DNA of 64,000 nt from an uncultured Actinomycetes bacterium. Its GTDB lineage: Bacteria; Actinomycetota; Acidimicrobiia; IMCC26256; JAOSJL01. Below are positions 31,194-42,028 of the stretch, piece by piece. Under the pieces are notes generated by a model, which saw nothing but the letters and a program-made list of their open reading frames with translations, made no database searches and was not told where the DNA came from. Within the stretch, counting starts at the first letter, position 1; the number at the start of each line of letters is the position of its first letter. The position numbers and the translations under genes are program-made. Where the stretch lies: the NCBI GenBank assembly GCA_963704035.1, contig CAVPGR010000004.1, positions 1,439,138 through 1,503,137 of the forward strand, read 5' to 3'.

Positions 31194-31586
31194 ATGGAAG
31201 TCCTGGCGAGTCGAGTCCTGCTTCACCCGTCCGATTTCGACCGGTCCTTCGACTTCTACGCCCGGGTCGTGGGCCTGCACCTGTTTCGCGAGTTTGGGAA
31301 CGACGCGGCGCGTGGTGCGGTCTTCTTCACCGGTGGCGGGTACCTGGAACTCTCCGGCGGGAGTGACGACGGACCGCCGGGCGACCGGGTTGGCCTCTGG
31401 TGGCAGGTACGCGACGTCGACCGGGAGTACGAACGCCTAGCGGCTTCCGGCGTCGAGGTCGTCGAACCACCCACCGACAAGCCGTGGGGGTTGCGCGAAG
31501 CACGCATCGTGGATCCGGACGGACTTCTGCTCGTGATCGTCGAGGTCCCCGACGACCATCCGACTTCGCCGCGACACGTGCGCTGA
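31194..31586 (+). CDS. VOC/glyoxalase family protein
   Basis: FYARVVGL, PPTDKPWGLRE, DPDG; TAGGAT 7 nt before ATG. Confidence 0.9.
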   Translation: MEVLASRVLLHPSDFDRSFDFYARVVGLHLFREFGNDAARGAVFFTGGGYLELSGGSDDGPPGDRVGLWWQVRDVDREYERLAASGVEVVEPPTDKPWGLREARIVDPDGLLLVIVEVPDDHPTSPRHVR

Positions 31587-31601
31587 TCTCCTCGCCTCGG
31601 G

Positions 31602-33136
31602 TTACACCGCTGCGACGGGCTCCATCCGGGGAGTTCTCGCCGGAGGAAATGAATCGCGGATGGCCGCGACCAGGTCGTCACGAAGAGGTCGGTGCGCTGC
31701 TTCGTCCCAGAGATTGCGGTGCTGGGCAGGGTCGTCGACGAGGTTGTAGAGCTCTCCCTCGGAACCGTCGAAGAGGTCCGTGGCACCGTAGGTCGTGCAG
31801 ACCCACCCGTCGCGGTACACGGTGCGCAGCGACACCGAGCGTCCGCCGACTTCGCAGTCCCATTCGGTCAGCACCTGCTCCCGATGGTCCGATTCGGCCG
31901 CCGCCTCGTCGAGCGGGAGGGGACGCCCCTCCATCCAGCTCGGGCACGCTCGACCCCGGCGACCCGACAGAACGTGGGGGCGAGGTCGACGTGCCCGACA
32001 GGTGCGACGACCTCGGCGGGTTGTGCACCTGTCGAGGGCGCGGGTCGCCAGACCAACGGGACCCTCATCATGGCGTCGACGTGGTACGGCCCCTTGAACA
32101 TGAGACCGAAGTCGCCCTGGAGTTCCCCGTGGTCGGTCGTGTAGAAGATGTCGGTCGTGTCGTTCCATCCGCGTCGGGTCACGGCGTCGACCACTCGACC
32201 GCACGCCTCGTCGATCAGTTCGTTCTCGACGTGGGTGAGGGCGTCGATCTCGCGTACCTGGTCGGCGGTCATCTGTGCGGGTACGAACTTCGGTGGCGCC
32301 TCGTAGTTCGTCACGTCGCGACCCTCGTAATAGTCGAGCCACTGGTGGGGCTTCTCGCCGAGCACGCGCCGCGCCTCGTCGGGCGGCAGCCAGCCGTCGC
32401 GCACCTCGAGGTCACGCCAGGGCACACGGCCGATCTCGGACTCGGGCGGGTCCCACGGGTGGTGGGGGTCGGGGAAGCTGACCCAGCAGAACCAGTCGTC
32501 GTCATCGTCGAGGCTGTCGAGCCACGCTACGGCGCGGTCTGCCGTCCAGTCCGTGTGGTACACGTTGCGCGCGACCGGGTTGCGCTTCACCTGGATCGCA
32601 TCCGTGTCGCCACCGCCGGCCGCGTTCACCTGCATGTCGGCATCGAGCACCGGGTAGAAGCCGGCGGGAGCGTCGGGGTGTTCGTGCTTCAGCCACTGGT
32701 GATAGTGGAGGTTCCCCCAGGGAGTGTGGTTCGCCAGTTCCATGCGCTCGAAGCCACGGTGGGGCCCGGTGGTGTGCTCGGCTCCGGCGTTCGACTCCCA
32801 GAAGTCGTTTCCGGGCGCGAGATACGGCTCGAAGTGGGCCTTGCCGAACAGCGCCGTGCGGTAGCCCACGTCGTGGAGAACGCGTGCCACGTTCGGGTGG
32901 TCGACCGGGAGCGGCACGCCGTTCATCCACACGCCGTGTGTCGACACGTACTGACCGGTGATGATCGTGGAGCGCGCCGGCATGCACACGACGTTCTGAT
33001 TGTGGGCGCGGCGGTAGTTCACCCCGGATTCGGAAATCCGGTCGACGACCGGCGTGCGCGCGATTCGCCCGCCGTTGCAGCCGAGGGCGTCGTAGCGTTG
33101 CTGGTCGGTGGTGAAGAAGAGAATGCGATGTCCCAT
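31602..33136 (-). CDS. Formylglycine-dependent sulfatase, frameshift near 31945
   Basis: TTDQQR, CMPARS (CxPxR), GKAHF, DPHHP, TDHG, GELYNLVDDP. Confidence 0.9.
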
Positions 33137-33152
33137 GGATCTTCTGGTTCCT

Positions 33153-34283
33153 CTAGTCGAGGTCGATCAGTCGTAGCCCGCCCTCGGCGCGCAGACCGAG
33201 TGCCGCCCCACCGTCGAGGAGCCGCTCGATCGGCTCTGCGAGGACCTCGTGGCGCCATCCGTGCGCCAGGCGACCCGTTCGGTCGCGTAGGAAGTCGATC
33301 ACGTCGGAACGTGTCGCGAGGGCGGACGAGTGCAGATCCAGGTCGGCTGCGCACTGGTTGGCGAAAGCGAGCACGACATTGGCAGCGGGACCGATCGACC
33401 GGTCGAGTTCCTGACCCGCGGGAGGGCGCATGACGGCGTTGTCGGACAGGGCGATGCCGTCTTCGACCGCCTTCAGGACTTCACGCTGTGCCCGTTCACC
33501 GAGGCCGCGACCGTCGAGGCCGCGGATACCTTGAAGCTGTTTCGCGTTCTGGGGACGCCGCTGAGCGATGCCCGCCAGTGCCAGGTCGGAGAGGACGAAG
33601 CGTGCGGGGAGATCGCGTTCCATGGCGGTTCGCTCCCTCCACGCCGCGACCGACTGGGCGACGCGGCGCGTTTCGCCGCGGAACCGACGGCTTCCCTTGA
33701 TCTTCCACCACGCCGTGTCAGGATCCCGCGACGTGCGGTCGCGTTCCAGGAGTTCCTCACACTCGTCGAGTGCCCAGTCGAGACGCTCGGCCTTCTCGAG
33801 ACTCCTCGATAGTTCGTCATGGAGCTCCAACAGGTACTCGACATCGGCGGCCGCGTAGCGGCGTTGGTTGTCGTCGAGTGGACGCCGGGTCCAGTCGGTG
33901 AGCTGCTGTCCCTTGGCCATCGCGTCGCCGGTCACACGACGCACGAGCTCGGCCAGTCCGGGTTGACCCATCCCGATGAAGCCCGCTGCCACCTGAGTGT
34001 CGAAGAGGCGGGTCGGGCGTGTACCCGTCGCGCGCTCCAGGATGGCCAGGTCCTGATCGCCGGCGTGGGTGACCATCGTGGCGTTGCCCCGAAGGATCTC
34101 GGCGAGTGGCGCGACGTCAACGGCGAGGGGGTCGATGAGCGCGATGCCGCTCGACCACGAGCACTGGAGGAGGGCGAGTTTCGGGAAATAGCTGCGCTCT
34201 CCGTGAAATTCCGTGTCGAGCCCGTAGACCGGCTCGCGGCGCATCGCGGCGACGACGTCCTCGAGGCCGGGCGGGTCGTCCAC
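33153..34283 (-). CDS. rnd: Ribonuclease D (DEDD 3'-5' exonuclease plus HRDC)
   Basis: LDTEF, HAGDQDL, LFDTQVAA, TDWTRRPL, YAAADV; start may be slightly upstream. Confidence 0.92.
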   Translation of the reverse strand: MDDPPGLEDVVAAMRREPVYGLDTEFHGERSYFPKLALLQCSWSSGIALIDPLAVDVAPLAEILRGNATMVTHAGDQDLAILERATGTRPTRLFDTQVAAGFIGMGQPGLAELVRRVTGDAMAKGQQLTDWTRRPLDDNQRRYAAADVEYLLELHDELSRSLEKAERLDWALDECEELLERDRTSRDPDTAWWKIKGSRRFRGETRRVAQSVAAWRERTAMERDLPARFVLSDLALAGIAQRRPQNAKQLQGIRGLDGRGLGERAQREVLKAVEDGIALSDNAVMRPPAGQELDRSIGPAANVVLAFANQCAADLDLHSSALATRSDVIDFLRDRTGRLAHGWRHEVLAEPIERLLDGGAALGLRAEGGLRLIDLD

Positions 34284-34297
34284 CCAGCGGATCCGGC

Positions 34298-34480
34298 TCA
34301 GCTCAGGCCTTCGCCGTCGTCCTCGCCGGCTGCCGCGCGGGCGAACACCCGATCGATCATGGCGGCGTCACGCTTGCTGGCCTTTTCGCGGAGGGAGCGG
34401 AGACGGCCGCGGTCGCCGGCACCTGCGATGCCGATCCTGCGGATCTCGTCCAGCCACTTGCGCTCAGTCTTGGTCAGCAT
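34298..34480 (-). CDS. Small (60 aa) hypothetical protein
   Basis: GAGGAG RBS upstream of ATG; ends just before rnd. Confidence 0.55.
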   Translation of the reverse strand: MLTKTERKWLDEIRRIGIAGAGDRGRLRSLREKASKRDAAMIDRVFARAAAGEDDGEGLS

Positions 34481-34564
34481 GACCGTCTACTCCTCGTTCC
34501 TTCGCCGGTCGTGCACCGATCCGGTGCTACCCGGTCCTCCGATGTCGTGGTACCGGTTGTACAT

Positions 34565-34658
34565 CTCACGACGCCCGGAGGGTCCGGAATATTCCCAGAC
34601 ACGGTCCCGGCTCTTCGACTCCGAGCAGGGATTATCTCCTGTTGATCGGCGTCGTGAG
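34565..34658 (-). ncRNA. Candidate structured RNA or cis-regulatory leader (unassigned family)
   Basis: Perfect 11-bp closing stem (34565-34575 with 34648-34658) enclosing three hairpins; G-U wobbles favour the minus strand. Confidence 0.45.
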
Positions 34659-34769
34659 CGGACACCTTGACACCCGCCGTCGCTTCGGTCCCCTTCGACC
34701 ACTACGAGCGGTCGTCGCAACGCACAGGGTGTGAGAGAGCAGGGGTCCTGGAACACCTGTTCCGGTGGT

Positions 34770-35977
34770 TCAGCCGGCTCCACGCAGGTTGCGGAACGGC
34801 CACCGCTCCTTCCACGGACGACCCACGGCCGGTTCATCGGTGAGGCTCGATTCATCGAGCACGTCGTGGCGTCGCAGGTAGGTGGACACGAAGGCCTGAA
34901 TGACCGCCGCAGCGGGAAGCGCCAGCAGAGCTCCCACGGGTCCGATGAGGCCGGCACCGGCGATCACCGCGCCGAAGGCCACCGCCGGGTGCAACGCCAT
35001 CGTCCTGGCGGTGACGCGCTGGGCTGGAGAAGGTAGTTCTCGACCTGCTGGTACAGAACGACGAATCCGAGTACCCACACGGCATCGACGGGATCGCTCA
35101 GCAGCGCGACCAGCACGGCCAGAGCCCCGGCGAGATAGGTCCCGACGGTTGGAATGAACTGCGAGACAACACCGACCCACAGCGCGAGTGCCACCGCGAA
35201 GGGAACACCGATGATGGAGAAGGCGATCCAGTGGACGACGGCGGAGATCACGGCGAGCAGTGCGCGCGAATAGATGTAGCCGCCGGTCTTGTCGATGGCG
35301 AGCTCCCAGGTCTGGAGTAGAAAACGTTGTCGTTGCGGCGGAAGGGCCGACAGGAGAGTACGGCGTAGCCGGGGGCCGTCGGCCACCAGATAGAAGGTGA
35401 ACAAAGCGATGGTGAAGAGCTGGAAGATGAGTGCGAGAACCGTTGCCCCGACGTTCAGGGCGTTGCCCGCGATGCCGGTGGCGAAGTCGCGGACCGGTCC
35501 GTTCTCGTCCTTCAGTTCGTCGATGAGAGCGTCAGCGTCGATCTCGGCGTTGAAGCGCTCGTTGACCCAGTTCTCGGTACGTGCCACGTAGTCGGGGGCC
35601 TCGTCGATGAAGTCGGAGACCTGGTTGGCCACCAGAGCGCCGATCGCGGCGATGAACGCGACTCCGATGACGAACACGCCCGCGAACACCATCGCCGTGG
35701 CCGGACCACGACGCCATCCACGACGGGCAAGGAAGTTCACGGCCGGCTCGATGGCGAACGACAGGAACAGGGAAACGAGGATCAGGATGAGCAGCGTCCG
35801 GAGTTGCCGAAGGAGCCAGTAGGACACGAAGAGCGCCACGACGCCGACGAAGAACAGCACCATGGCCCGGTTCAGCCAGGGCGGTACCTCGGTCGGATTC
35901 TCGGCCGCGTGCTCGGCCGGGTTCCCGCCCGGAGGGGCGCCGCTGTCCGCGGTGGTCGGTGGCGGCGAATCGTCCAT
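34770..35977 (-). CDS. AI-2E (PerM/UPF0118) family transporter, frameshift near 35020
   Basis: FAIEPAVNFL, FIPTVG, YQQVENYLLQP, then LHPAVAFGAVIAG...GALLALP. Confidence 0.9.
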
Positions 35978-36075
35978 GCGTCCGTGACGTCCGTGTCTGT
36001 CGAGGTTCCGTCCAGCGTACGGTCGGAACCTCGAGAATCCGCGCACCCTTCAACGCCGGGTGGGTGCGGATGCGG

Positions 36076-36861
36076 TCAGAGGCCGAGGTAGCTCCCACCG
36101 TCGACCACGAGCGTCTGACCCGTCACGTAGCCGCCACCGTCCCCGGCGAGATACACGGCGGCAGCGCCCACATCGTGTCGGGCGTCACCGAGTCGGCCGA
36201 GCGCGGTGCGTTCCAGAAGGCGCCGCTTGGCGTCGGGCTGCTTCTCGCAGTAGTCCTCGAGCGCCGGAGTCACGGCGAGTGGCGCGAGCGTGTTCACGGT
36301 GATCCCGTCGGGGCCCCATTCGCGAGCGAGGCTCTTCGCGAGCCCGCGTTGTGCCGCCTTCGCGGCGGCGTAGACGGGAAGGGTGGCGCTTCCGCCGATT
36401 CCAGCGGTGGAGGACAAGAACAGCAGACGGCCGCGATCCGCTTCGAGGTGGGGTCGTGCGGCCTGGGCGCAGTCGAACGACGCGCGCAACGCCACGGCCA
36501 TGACGTCTTCCCAGTGGTCATCCGTCACCTCCTCGAGTGGTACCGCCTCGCGCGAGCGGGCGCTCACGGCGTTGTGAACCATGATGTCGAGCCGACCGAA
36601 GTGGTCGACGGCCGTTTCCACCGTGGCGTCGATCTCGGCGCGGCTCGTGACGTCGCAGCCGATCGGAAGTGCCTCCCCACCTTCACCCCGGATCAAGCCC
36701 GCCGTTTCCTCGCCGGTCCCGGGCCGACGCGCGGTCACCACCACGCCGGCACCTGCGGCACCGAGCGCCAGCGCGATCCCGCGACCGATCCCCGATCCTG
36801 CGCCGGTGACGAGTGCGACGCGACCGCCGAGGGCACCGCTGTCGTCGACGCCTCCGCTCAC
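36076..36861 (-). CDS. Classical short-chain dehydrogenase/reductase
   Basis: TGAGSGIG, HNA, YAAAK. Confidence 0.93.
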   Translation of the reverse strand: MSGGVDDSGALGGRVALVTGAGSGIGRGIALALGAAGAGVVVTARRPGTGEETAGLIRGEGGEALPIGCDVTSRAEIDATVETAVDHFGRLDIMVHNAVSARSREAVPLEEVTDDHWEDVMAVALRASFDCAQAARPHLEADRGRLLFLSSTAGIGGSATLPVYAAAKAAQRGLAKSLAREWGPDGITVNTLAPLAVTPALEDYCEKQPDAKRRLLERTALGRLGDARHDVGAAAVYLAGDGGGYVTGQTLVVDGGSYLGL

Positions 36862-37673
36862 GGTCCCATCCAGACACCGCCATCGGCGACGAGCGTGGCC
36901 CCTGTGAGCGAATGGCTGTCATCGGACACCAGGAACGCAGCGATCGGGGCGAGATCACGCTCCGGGTCAGTGTCGCCGAGCGCCGCGTCGTCGAGACCCA
37001 GTCGAAGCGCGCCCACGGTTTCGGGAGGCAGCGACGGCGCGATGCAGTTCACGGTGATTTCGCGGGCCCCCCAAGCCCGCGCCGCCGACTTCGCCAGGGC
37101 CCGCTGTCCCTCGGTCGCGGCGGCCAGTGGTGCCAGGCCACCCGCTCCTGTCATCGCGATGGTGGGCGTGACGAGGACGATCCGGCCACCTCGTTCGTGG
37201 AGGCTTCGATAGGCGCCCTGGAGGACGAACAGCGTCGTTCGCAGGACCTGCTCACACGATGCGTCCCAGGCCGGCTCGTCGAGGTCGACGAGTGCGCGCT
37301 GGGTGAGCGCGGGCGGCGGATATGCCGTGAGCACCACGGCGTCTATGTGTCGCAGGACGTCGGTGGCCACGGTGAACGCATCGTCGATGGCAGCCCGGTC
37401 GCCGAGTCGAGCCGCGATCGGCACGGCGCCGCCGGGTTCCCGGTCGATAGCGGTGGCCAGATCGAGTACCTCCGCACCACCGACGAGACCGACGGTGGCT
37501 CCGGCTCCGACCAGACCCGAGGCGATCCCTGCCGTGGGTTCACCGTCGGCGCCGATGAGCACGACCACACGGCCGTCGAGCCAGGGGATCTCGTCGTCGA
37601 AAGGTTCGTCGAGTGCGTCGGTGCTCTCGTCGGTGCTCTCGTCGGTGCGTGTCTGCGTCTCGCTTGCTCCCAC
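36858..37673 (-). CDS. SDR-fold protein with degenerate catalytic motifs
   Basis: SDR C-terminus (ITVNCIAP, LTGATLVADGG), but LAAAT in place of YxxxK. Confidence 0.8.
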   Translation of the reverse strand: MGASETQTRTDESTDESTDALDEPFDDEIPWLDGRVVVLIGADGEPTAGIASGLVGAGATVGLVGGAEVLDLATAIDREPGGAVPIAARLGDRAAIDDAFTVATDVLRHIDAVVLTAYPPPALTQRALVDLDEPAWDASCEQVLRTTLFVLQGAYRSLHERGGRIVLVTPTIAMTGAGGLAPLAAATEGQRALAKSAARAWGAREITVNCIAPSLPPETVGALRLGLDDAALGDTDPERDLAPIAAFLVSDDSHSLTGATLVADGGVWMGP

Positions 37674-37729
37674 GCGGCGGAGTCTAGGGAGGTCGTCTCT
37701 GCTGTGCTGACGGACACAGGCGACGAAGA

Positions 37730-38327
37730 TCAGGCTCGGGATGCGCGCACCAAGGTGTCGATTGCTGTCACCTCCCCGTCGTCGGTCGACACCGATCGCC
37801 GCACGCGCTCGGCCCGTTCGACGCGCAAGCCGGGCAGATCACCCGCGACCGCGTCGGGTGTGAGCAACACCGCCGGATCTTTCGGCCCGCGCGCGCCGGA
37901 GGTCAGGTTCTCGACGTCGTGACCGATCACGAGGATCGACCCGCCGGGCGCCACGGCATCAGAGGCTCGCCCGAGCACACGCTGGCGTTCCCCTGCCGGG
38001 AGTTGCAGGTAGCAGACGACGACCAGATCCCACACCCTCTCGGCCGGTTCGTACTCCAGGAGGTCGGCGAGCACCCAGTCGACGTGGATGTCGCGCCGGG
38101 CGGCGATCCGCCGGGCCTTCTCCAACGCGACATCCGCGAAGTCGACGGCCGTGACGCGCCAGCCCTGCTCGGCCAGGAAGAGCGCGTTGCGCCCCTCACC
38201 GCAGGCGAGGTCGAGGGCCCGGCCTGGCGGGAAGATCCGCAACTTCGGCGGCCAGGAACTGATTGGGCCCTGTGCTCCATACGAGTTCCCACTCGTCGTA
38301 GCGGCGGTTCCAGTCGGCGGCGTCCAT
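37730..38327 (-). CDS. Class I SAM-dependent methyltransferase, frameshift near 38240
   Basis: MDAADWNRRY...PNQFL then ALDLACGEGRNA, AVDF. Confidence 0.88.
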
Positions 38328-38380
38328 GTGGGTCGTACGTCGGAGTGCTGTTGCGTGGGTCGCGGCGCCGACGACCGGGG

Positions 38381-39139
38381 TCAGTGACGACCGGCGAGCG
38401 CGCGGTTGGAGAACTTCGCCCGCACGTAGTCGCGGTTCATCAGTGCGATGAAGTCGATCGAGATCTCCTTGGGACACGCCTTCTCGCACTCGCCGTGGTT
38501 GGTACAGGATCCGAAGAAGTGCTCCATGGTGTCGACCATGCCCACGACCCGCGAGTCGCGCTCGGGCGCCCCCTGTGGAAGGAGGTTGAGGTGCATCGCT
38601 TTGGCGGACGTGAAGAGCTGCGCCGCCCCGTTGGGGCATGCCGCCACGCACGCGCCGCAACCGATGCATGACGCGGCGTCCATGGCGGCCTCGGCGGCCT
38701 CTTTGGGCACGGGGACGTTGTTCGCTTCGGGAGCCGATCCTGTGGGCACGCTGATGAAGCCGCCCGCCTCGATGATCCGGTCGAGCGGCGATCGGTCGAC
38801 GACGAGGTCGCGCACGACAGGGAAAGCACGCGCACGCCACGGTTCGATCGTGATCTGCTGGCCGTCATGGAACTTGCGCATGTGGAGCTGGCATGTCGCC
38901 GTTCCCAGCTCGGGTCCGTGTGCCCGGCCGTCGATGATCAGACTGCACATTCCACAGATGCCCTCGCGGCAGTCGGAGTCGAAGGCGATCGGCTCCTCAC
39001 CCGACTCGATCAGTCTCTCGTTGAGCTCGTCGAGCATCTCGAGGAACGACATGTCCTCGCTGACGTCGGTGGCGTCGTAGTCGCGGAACTCACCGCTGGT
39101 GCCGCTCTGCCGCCAGATCCGAAGCTCGAGGCGCATCAC
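38381..39139 (-). CDS. sdhB: Succinate dehydrogenase/fumarate reductase iron-sulfur subunit
   Basis: [33 protein letters not shown]. Confidence 0.95.
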   Translation of the reverse strand: MMRLELRIWRQSGTSGEFRDYDATDVSEDMSFLEMLDELNERLIESGEEPIAFDSDCREGICGMCSLIIDGRAHGPELGTATCQLHMRKFHDGQQITIEPWRARAFPVVRDLVVDRSPLDRIIEAGGFISVPTGSAPEANNVPVPKEAAEAAMDAASCIGCGACVAACPNGAAQLFTSAKAMHLNLLPQGAPERDSRVVGMVDTMEHFFGSCTNHGECEKACPKEISIDFIALMNRDYVRAKFSNRALAGRH

Positions 39140-41103
39140 TACTTGTAGCTCCTCTGCGCGAGTTGCACGTTCTCGAAATCGAGCGGTTCCTTGTGCAGCG
39201 ACTCGGGGCTACCCACGTCCTGGAACTCCCACGCTGCTGCATAGGCGAAGTGCTCGTCGTCGCGCAGCGCCTCACCTTCGTCGGTTTGGCTCTCGACACG
39301 GAAGTGGCCACCGCAGGACTCCTCGCGGTGCAGAGCGTCCGCGCACATCAGCTCGGAGAACTCGAGGAAGTCGGACACGCGCCCCGCCTTCTCGAGCGAC
39401 TGGTTGAGCTGCTCGTCACCTCCGAGAACCCGCACGTCCTTGTGGAACTCCTCCCGCAGCACCGGAATCTCGGAGAGGGCCTTCTCGAGGCCCTCTCGGG
39501 ATCGCTCCATCCCGCAGTGTTCCCACAACAACTTGCCGAGCTCGCGGTGGAACCAGTCGACCGTGCGACTTCCCTGGACCGCCAGCAGCTCGCGGACCCG
39601 TTCGTCGACCTCGGCCTCGGCCTGGTGGAACACGGGATCGGTCGTGGGTACCGGGTCGTCACCGAGCTGACCGGCCAGGTAGTCGGAGATCGTGAACGGC
39701 AGGACGAAGTATCCGTCGGCCAGGCCCTGCATGAGAGCGGACGCGCCCAGGCGGTTGGCACCGTGATCGGAGAAGTTGGCCTCCCCGACGACGTAGCACC
39801 CGGGAATCGTGCTCATCAGGTCGTAGTCGACCCACAGCCCACCCATCGTGTAGTGGAGTGCCGGGAAGATCCTCATCGGTTGGGTGTAGGGATCCTCGCC
39901 GGTGATGCGTTCGTACATCTGGAAGAGGTTCCCGTACTTCTCCTCGATGGTGTCGCGCCCGAGACGGCCGATGGCGTCAGCGAAGTCGAGGTACACGCCG
40001 TTCTTCTTCGAGCCGACACCGCGGCCGCGGTCCACCTCGAGCTTCGCCGCACGCGACGCCACATCACGGGGAACCAGATTGCCGAACGCGGGGTACCGAC
40101 GCTCCAGGTAGTAGTCGCGCTCGTCGGGCGGGATCTCGATCGCCGCGCGCTCGTCGCCGGAATCGCCGGGAACCCAGATACGGCCGTCGTTGCGCAGAGA
40201 TTCACTCATGAGCGTGAGCTTGGACTGGAACTCTTCGCTCGCAGGGATGCACGTGGGGTGGATCTGCGTGAAACACGGGTTCGCGAAGTAGGCGCCCTTG
40301 CGGTGTGCCCGCCACGCGGCCGTCACGTTGCAGCCCTTGGCGTTGGTGGACAGGAAGAAGGCGTTGCTGTAACCGCCGGTGCCCAGCACGACGGCGTGCC
40401 CGGAGTGCGACGAGACGTCTCCGGTAACGAGGTCGCGCACGACGATGCCGACCGCTCGCCCGTCCTTCACGACGACGTCGAGCATCTCGGTGCGGGAGAA
40501 CATCTCGACCGTGCCTGCGTCGATCTGGCGTGCCAGGGCCTGGTACGCACCGAGCAGCAGCTGCTGACCGGTCTGACCCCGGGCGTAGAACGTGCGCGAA
40601 ACCTGGGCACCCCCGAAGGACCGGTTGTCGAGCAGCCCGCCGTACTCCCGGGCGAACGGAACTCCCTGGGCGACGCACTGGTCGATGATGTCGACGCTGA
40701 CCTCCGCGAGGCGGTGCACGTTCGCCTCGCGGGCCCGGTAGTCGCCACCTTTGACCGTGTCGTAGAACAACCGGTGCACCGAGTCGCCGTCGTTGCGGTA
40801 GTTCTTGGCGGCGTTGATGCCGCCCTGCGCGGCGATGGAGTGGGCGCGGCGCGGCGAGTCCTGGTAGCAGAACGCCTTGACGTTGTAGCCGAGCTCGCCG
40901 AGAGACGCGGCGGCGGCCGCCCCGGCGAGGCCGGTACCCACGATGATGACCGTGAACTTCCGCTTGTTCGCCGGGTTCACGAGCTTCAGGTCGAACTTGT
41001 GGTTCTCCCACTTGTCGGCGATCGGGCCGTCGGGGATCTTCGAGTCGAGCGCCGGATCGGGCGCGCCCGTGCCCGATGCTCCGCCCGTGGAAACAGCGGT
41101 CAT
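39139..41103 (-). CDS. sdhA: Succinate dehydrogenase/fumarate reductase flavoprotein subunit
   Basis: [48 protein letters not shown]. Confidence 0.96.
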   Translation of the reverse strand: MTAVSTGGASGTGAPDPALDSKIPDGPIADKWENHKFDLKLVNPANKRKFTVIIVGTGLAGAAAAASLGELGYNVKAFCYQDSPRRAHSIAAQGGINAAKNYRNDGDSVHRLFYDTVKGGDYRAREANVHRLAEVSVDIIDQCVAQGVPFAREYGGLLDNRSFGGAQVSRTFYARGQTGQQLLLGAYQALARQIDAGTVEMFSRTEMLDVVVKDGRAVGIVVRDLVTGDVSSHSGHAVVLGTGGYSNAFFLSTNAKGCNVTAAWRAHRKGAYFANPCFTQIHPTCIPASEEFQSKLTLMSESLRNDGRIWVPGDSGDERAAIEIPPDERDYYLERRYPAFGNLVPRDVASRAAKLEVDRGRGVGSKKNGVYLDFADAIGRLGRDTIEEKYGNLFQMYERITGEDPYTQPMRIFPALHYTMGGLWVDYDLMSTIPGCYVVGEANFSDHGANRLGASALMQGLADGYFVLPFTISDYLAGQLGDDPVPTTDPVFHQAEAEVDERVRELLAVQGSRTVDWFHRELGKLLWEHCGMERSREGLEKALSEIPVLREEFHKDVRVLGGDEQLNQSLEKAGRVSDFLEFSELMCADALHREESCGGHFRVESQTDEGEALRDDEHFAYAAAWEFQDVGSPESLHKEPLDFENVQLAQRSYK

Positions 41104-41882
41104 GAGACGATCCCCAGTTGGACGGCGAGCGGCATGCTCACGTTTCCGACGACGATGAGAGCGGCGAAGCCGAACGCGAAGTAGCGACGCCACAGGTTGA
41201 AACGCGGGTTGTTGATTCCGAGGCTCTGGAACATGCTCCAGGCACCGTGGAAGATGTGGATGCCGAGGAGCACGTTGGCGAGGATGTAGAAGGCCGCCAC
41301 GGGGACGCGCTCGAAACTGGCGACCATGTTGTCGTACACCGAACCGCGCACGTAGTCGGGATTTGTGACGCCGTAGGTGAGGTCGAGAAGGTGGTAGACG
41401 ATGAACGCGGCGACGATGATGCCGGTCCAGCGCATCGTGCGTGACGCGAAGTTCGCCGCCACGTAGTCGCGCTTGGCCTGGCCACGTTCCCCTCGAGCGT
41501 GCCGGTTTGAAGCCGTGAGCTGCGCGGCCGCCAGGATGTGCAGACCGAAAGCGACGACCAGGCCGATGCGCAGGATCCAGAGCAGCGACGTCCGCGGAAC
41601 CAGGTGTCCCCCGAGGTCACGAAGGGCTTCGCCGTAGGTGTCGATGTCGGTGGGGCCGAGGAAGACCTTGAGGTTCCCGATCATGTGGACGAGGACGAAA
41701 CCGAGGAGCATCAGGCCGGTGACGGCCATGACCCACTTCTTGCCGACGTCGGACGAGTAGAACTCGATCGGCCAGGATCGTTTCGGCTTTGGCGGTGGGG
41801 GAACGGCCGGGCCCACGTAGCGGGTGAGGGAGTCGGCGGCGTCGGCGCCGGCGCTCTGGTCCTCGGTGGTCACTTCGGCCAT
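41100..41882 (-). CDS. sdhC: Succinate dehydrogenase cytochrome b subunit (single anchor, five TM)
   Basis: [16 protein letters not shown] and further conserved His residues; operon position. Confidence 0.92.
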   Translation of the reverse strand: MAEVTTEDQSAGADAADSLTRYVGPAVPPPPKPKRSWPIEFYSSDVGKKWVMAVTGLMLLGFVLVHMIGNLKVFLGPTDIDTYGEALRDLGGHLVPRTSLLWILRIGLVVAFGLHILAAAQLTASNRHARGERGQAKRDYVAANFASRTMRWTGIIVAAFIVYHLLDLTYGVTNPDYVRGSVYDNMVASFERVPVAAFYILANVLLGIHIFHGAWSMFQSLGINNPRFNLWRRYFAFGFAALIVVGNVSMPLAVQLGIVS

Positions 41883-42028
41883 TGGGGTCCGCGTGTCCTG
41901 AGTGGCGGTGGGGGAGCGCAGGGCTCGGTGCGCCGGGCTCGGTGCACACATCTGACGGTAGTGGGAGGCCGCGAGACCGCGCATCTTGTGAAACCGGGCA
42001 CGAATGGGCTCGTGAGCTGCCCGACGGG

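Noticed and set aside
34600-34625. CGGTCCCGG...TTCGACTCC resembling a tRNA(Sec) variable arm and T-loop
   Set aside because: No canonical T-stem pairing around TTCGACT, no TCA anticodon loop and no CCA end; kept only as an unassigned structure.
34667-34700. TTGACA as a plus-strand -35 element
   Set aside because: No TANNNT at 16-18 nt spacing and no plus-strand gene downstream.
26651-38327. Frameshifts in kup, phoD, sulfatase, AI-2E and methyltransferase as programmed frameshifting or pseudogenes
   Set aside because: No slippery sequences recognised; scattered single indels in otherwise conserved genes fit sequencing or consensus error better.
38381-41882. Three-subunit sdhCAB as unusual
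   Set aside because: Single-anchor succinate:menaquinone oxidoreductases are well known in Actinobacteria and Firmicutes.
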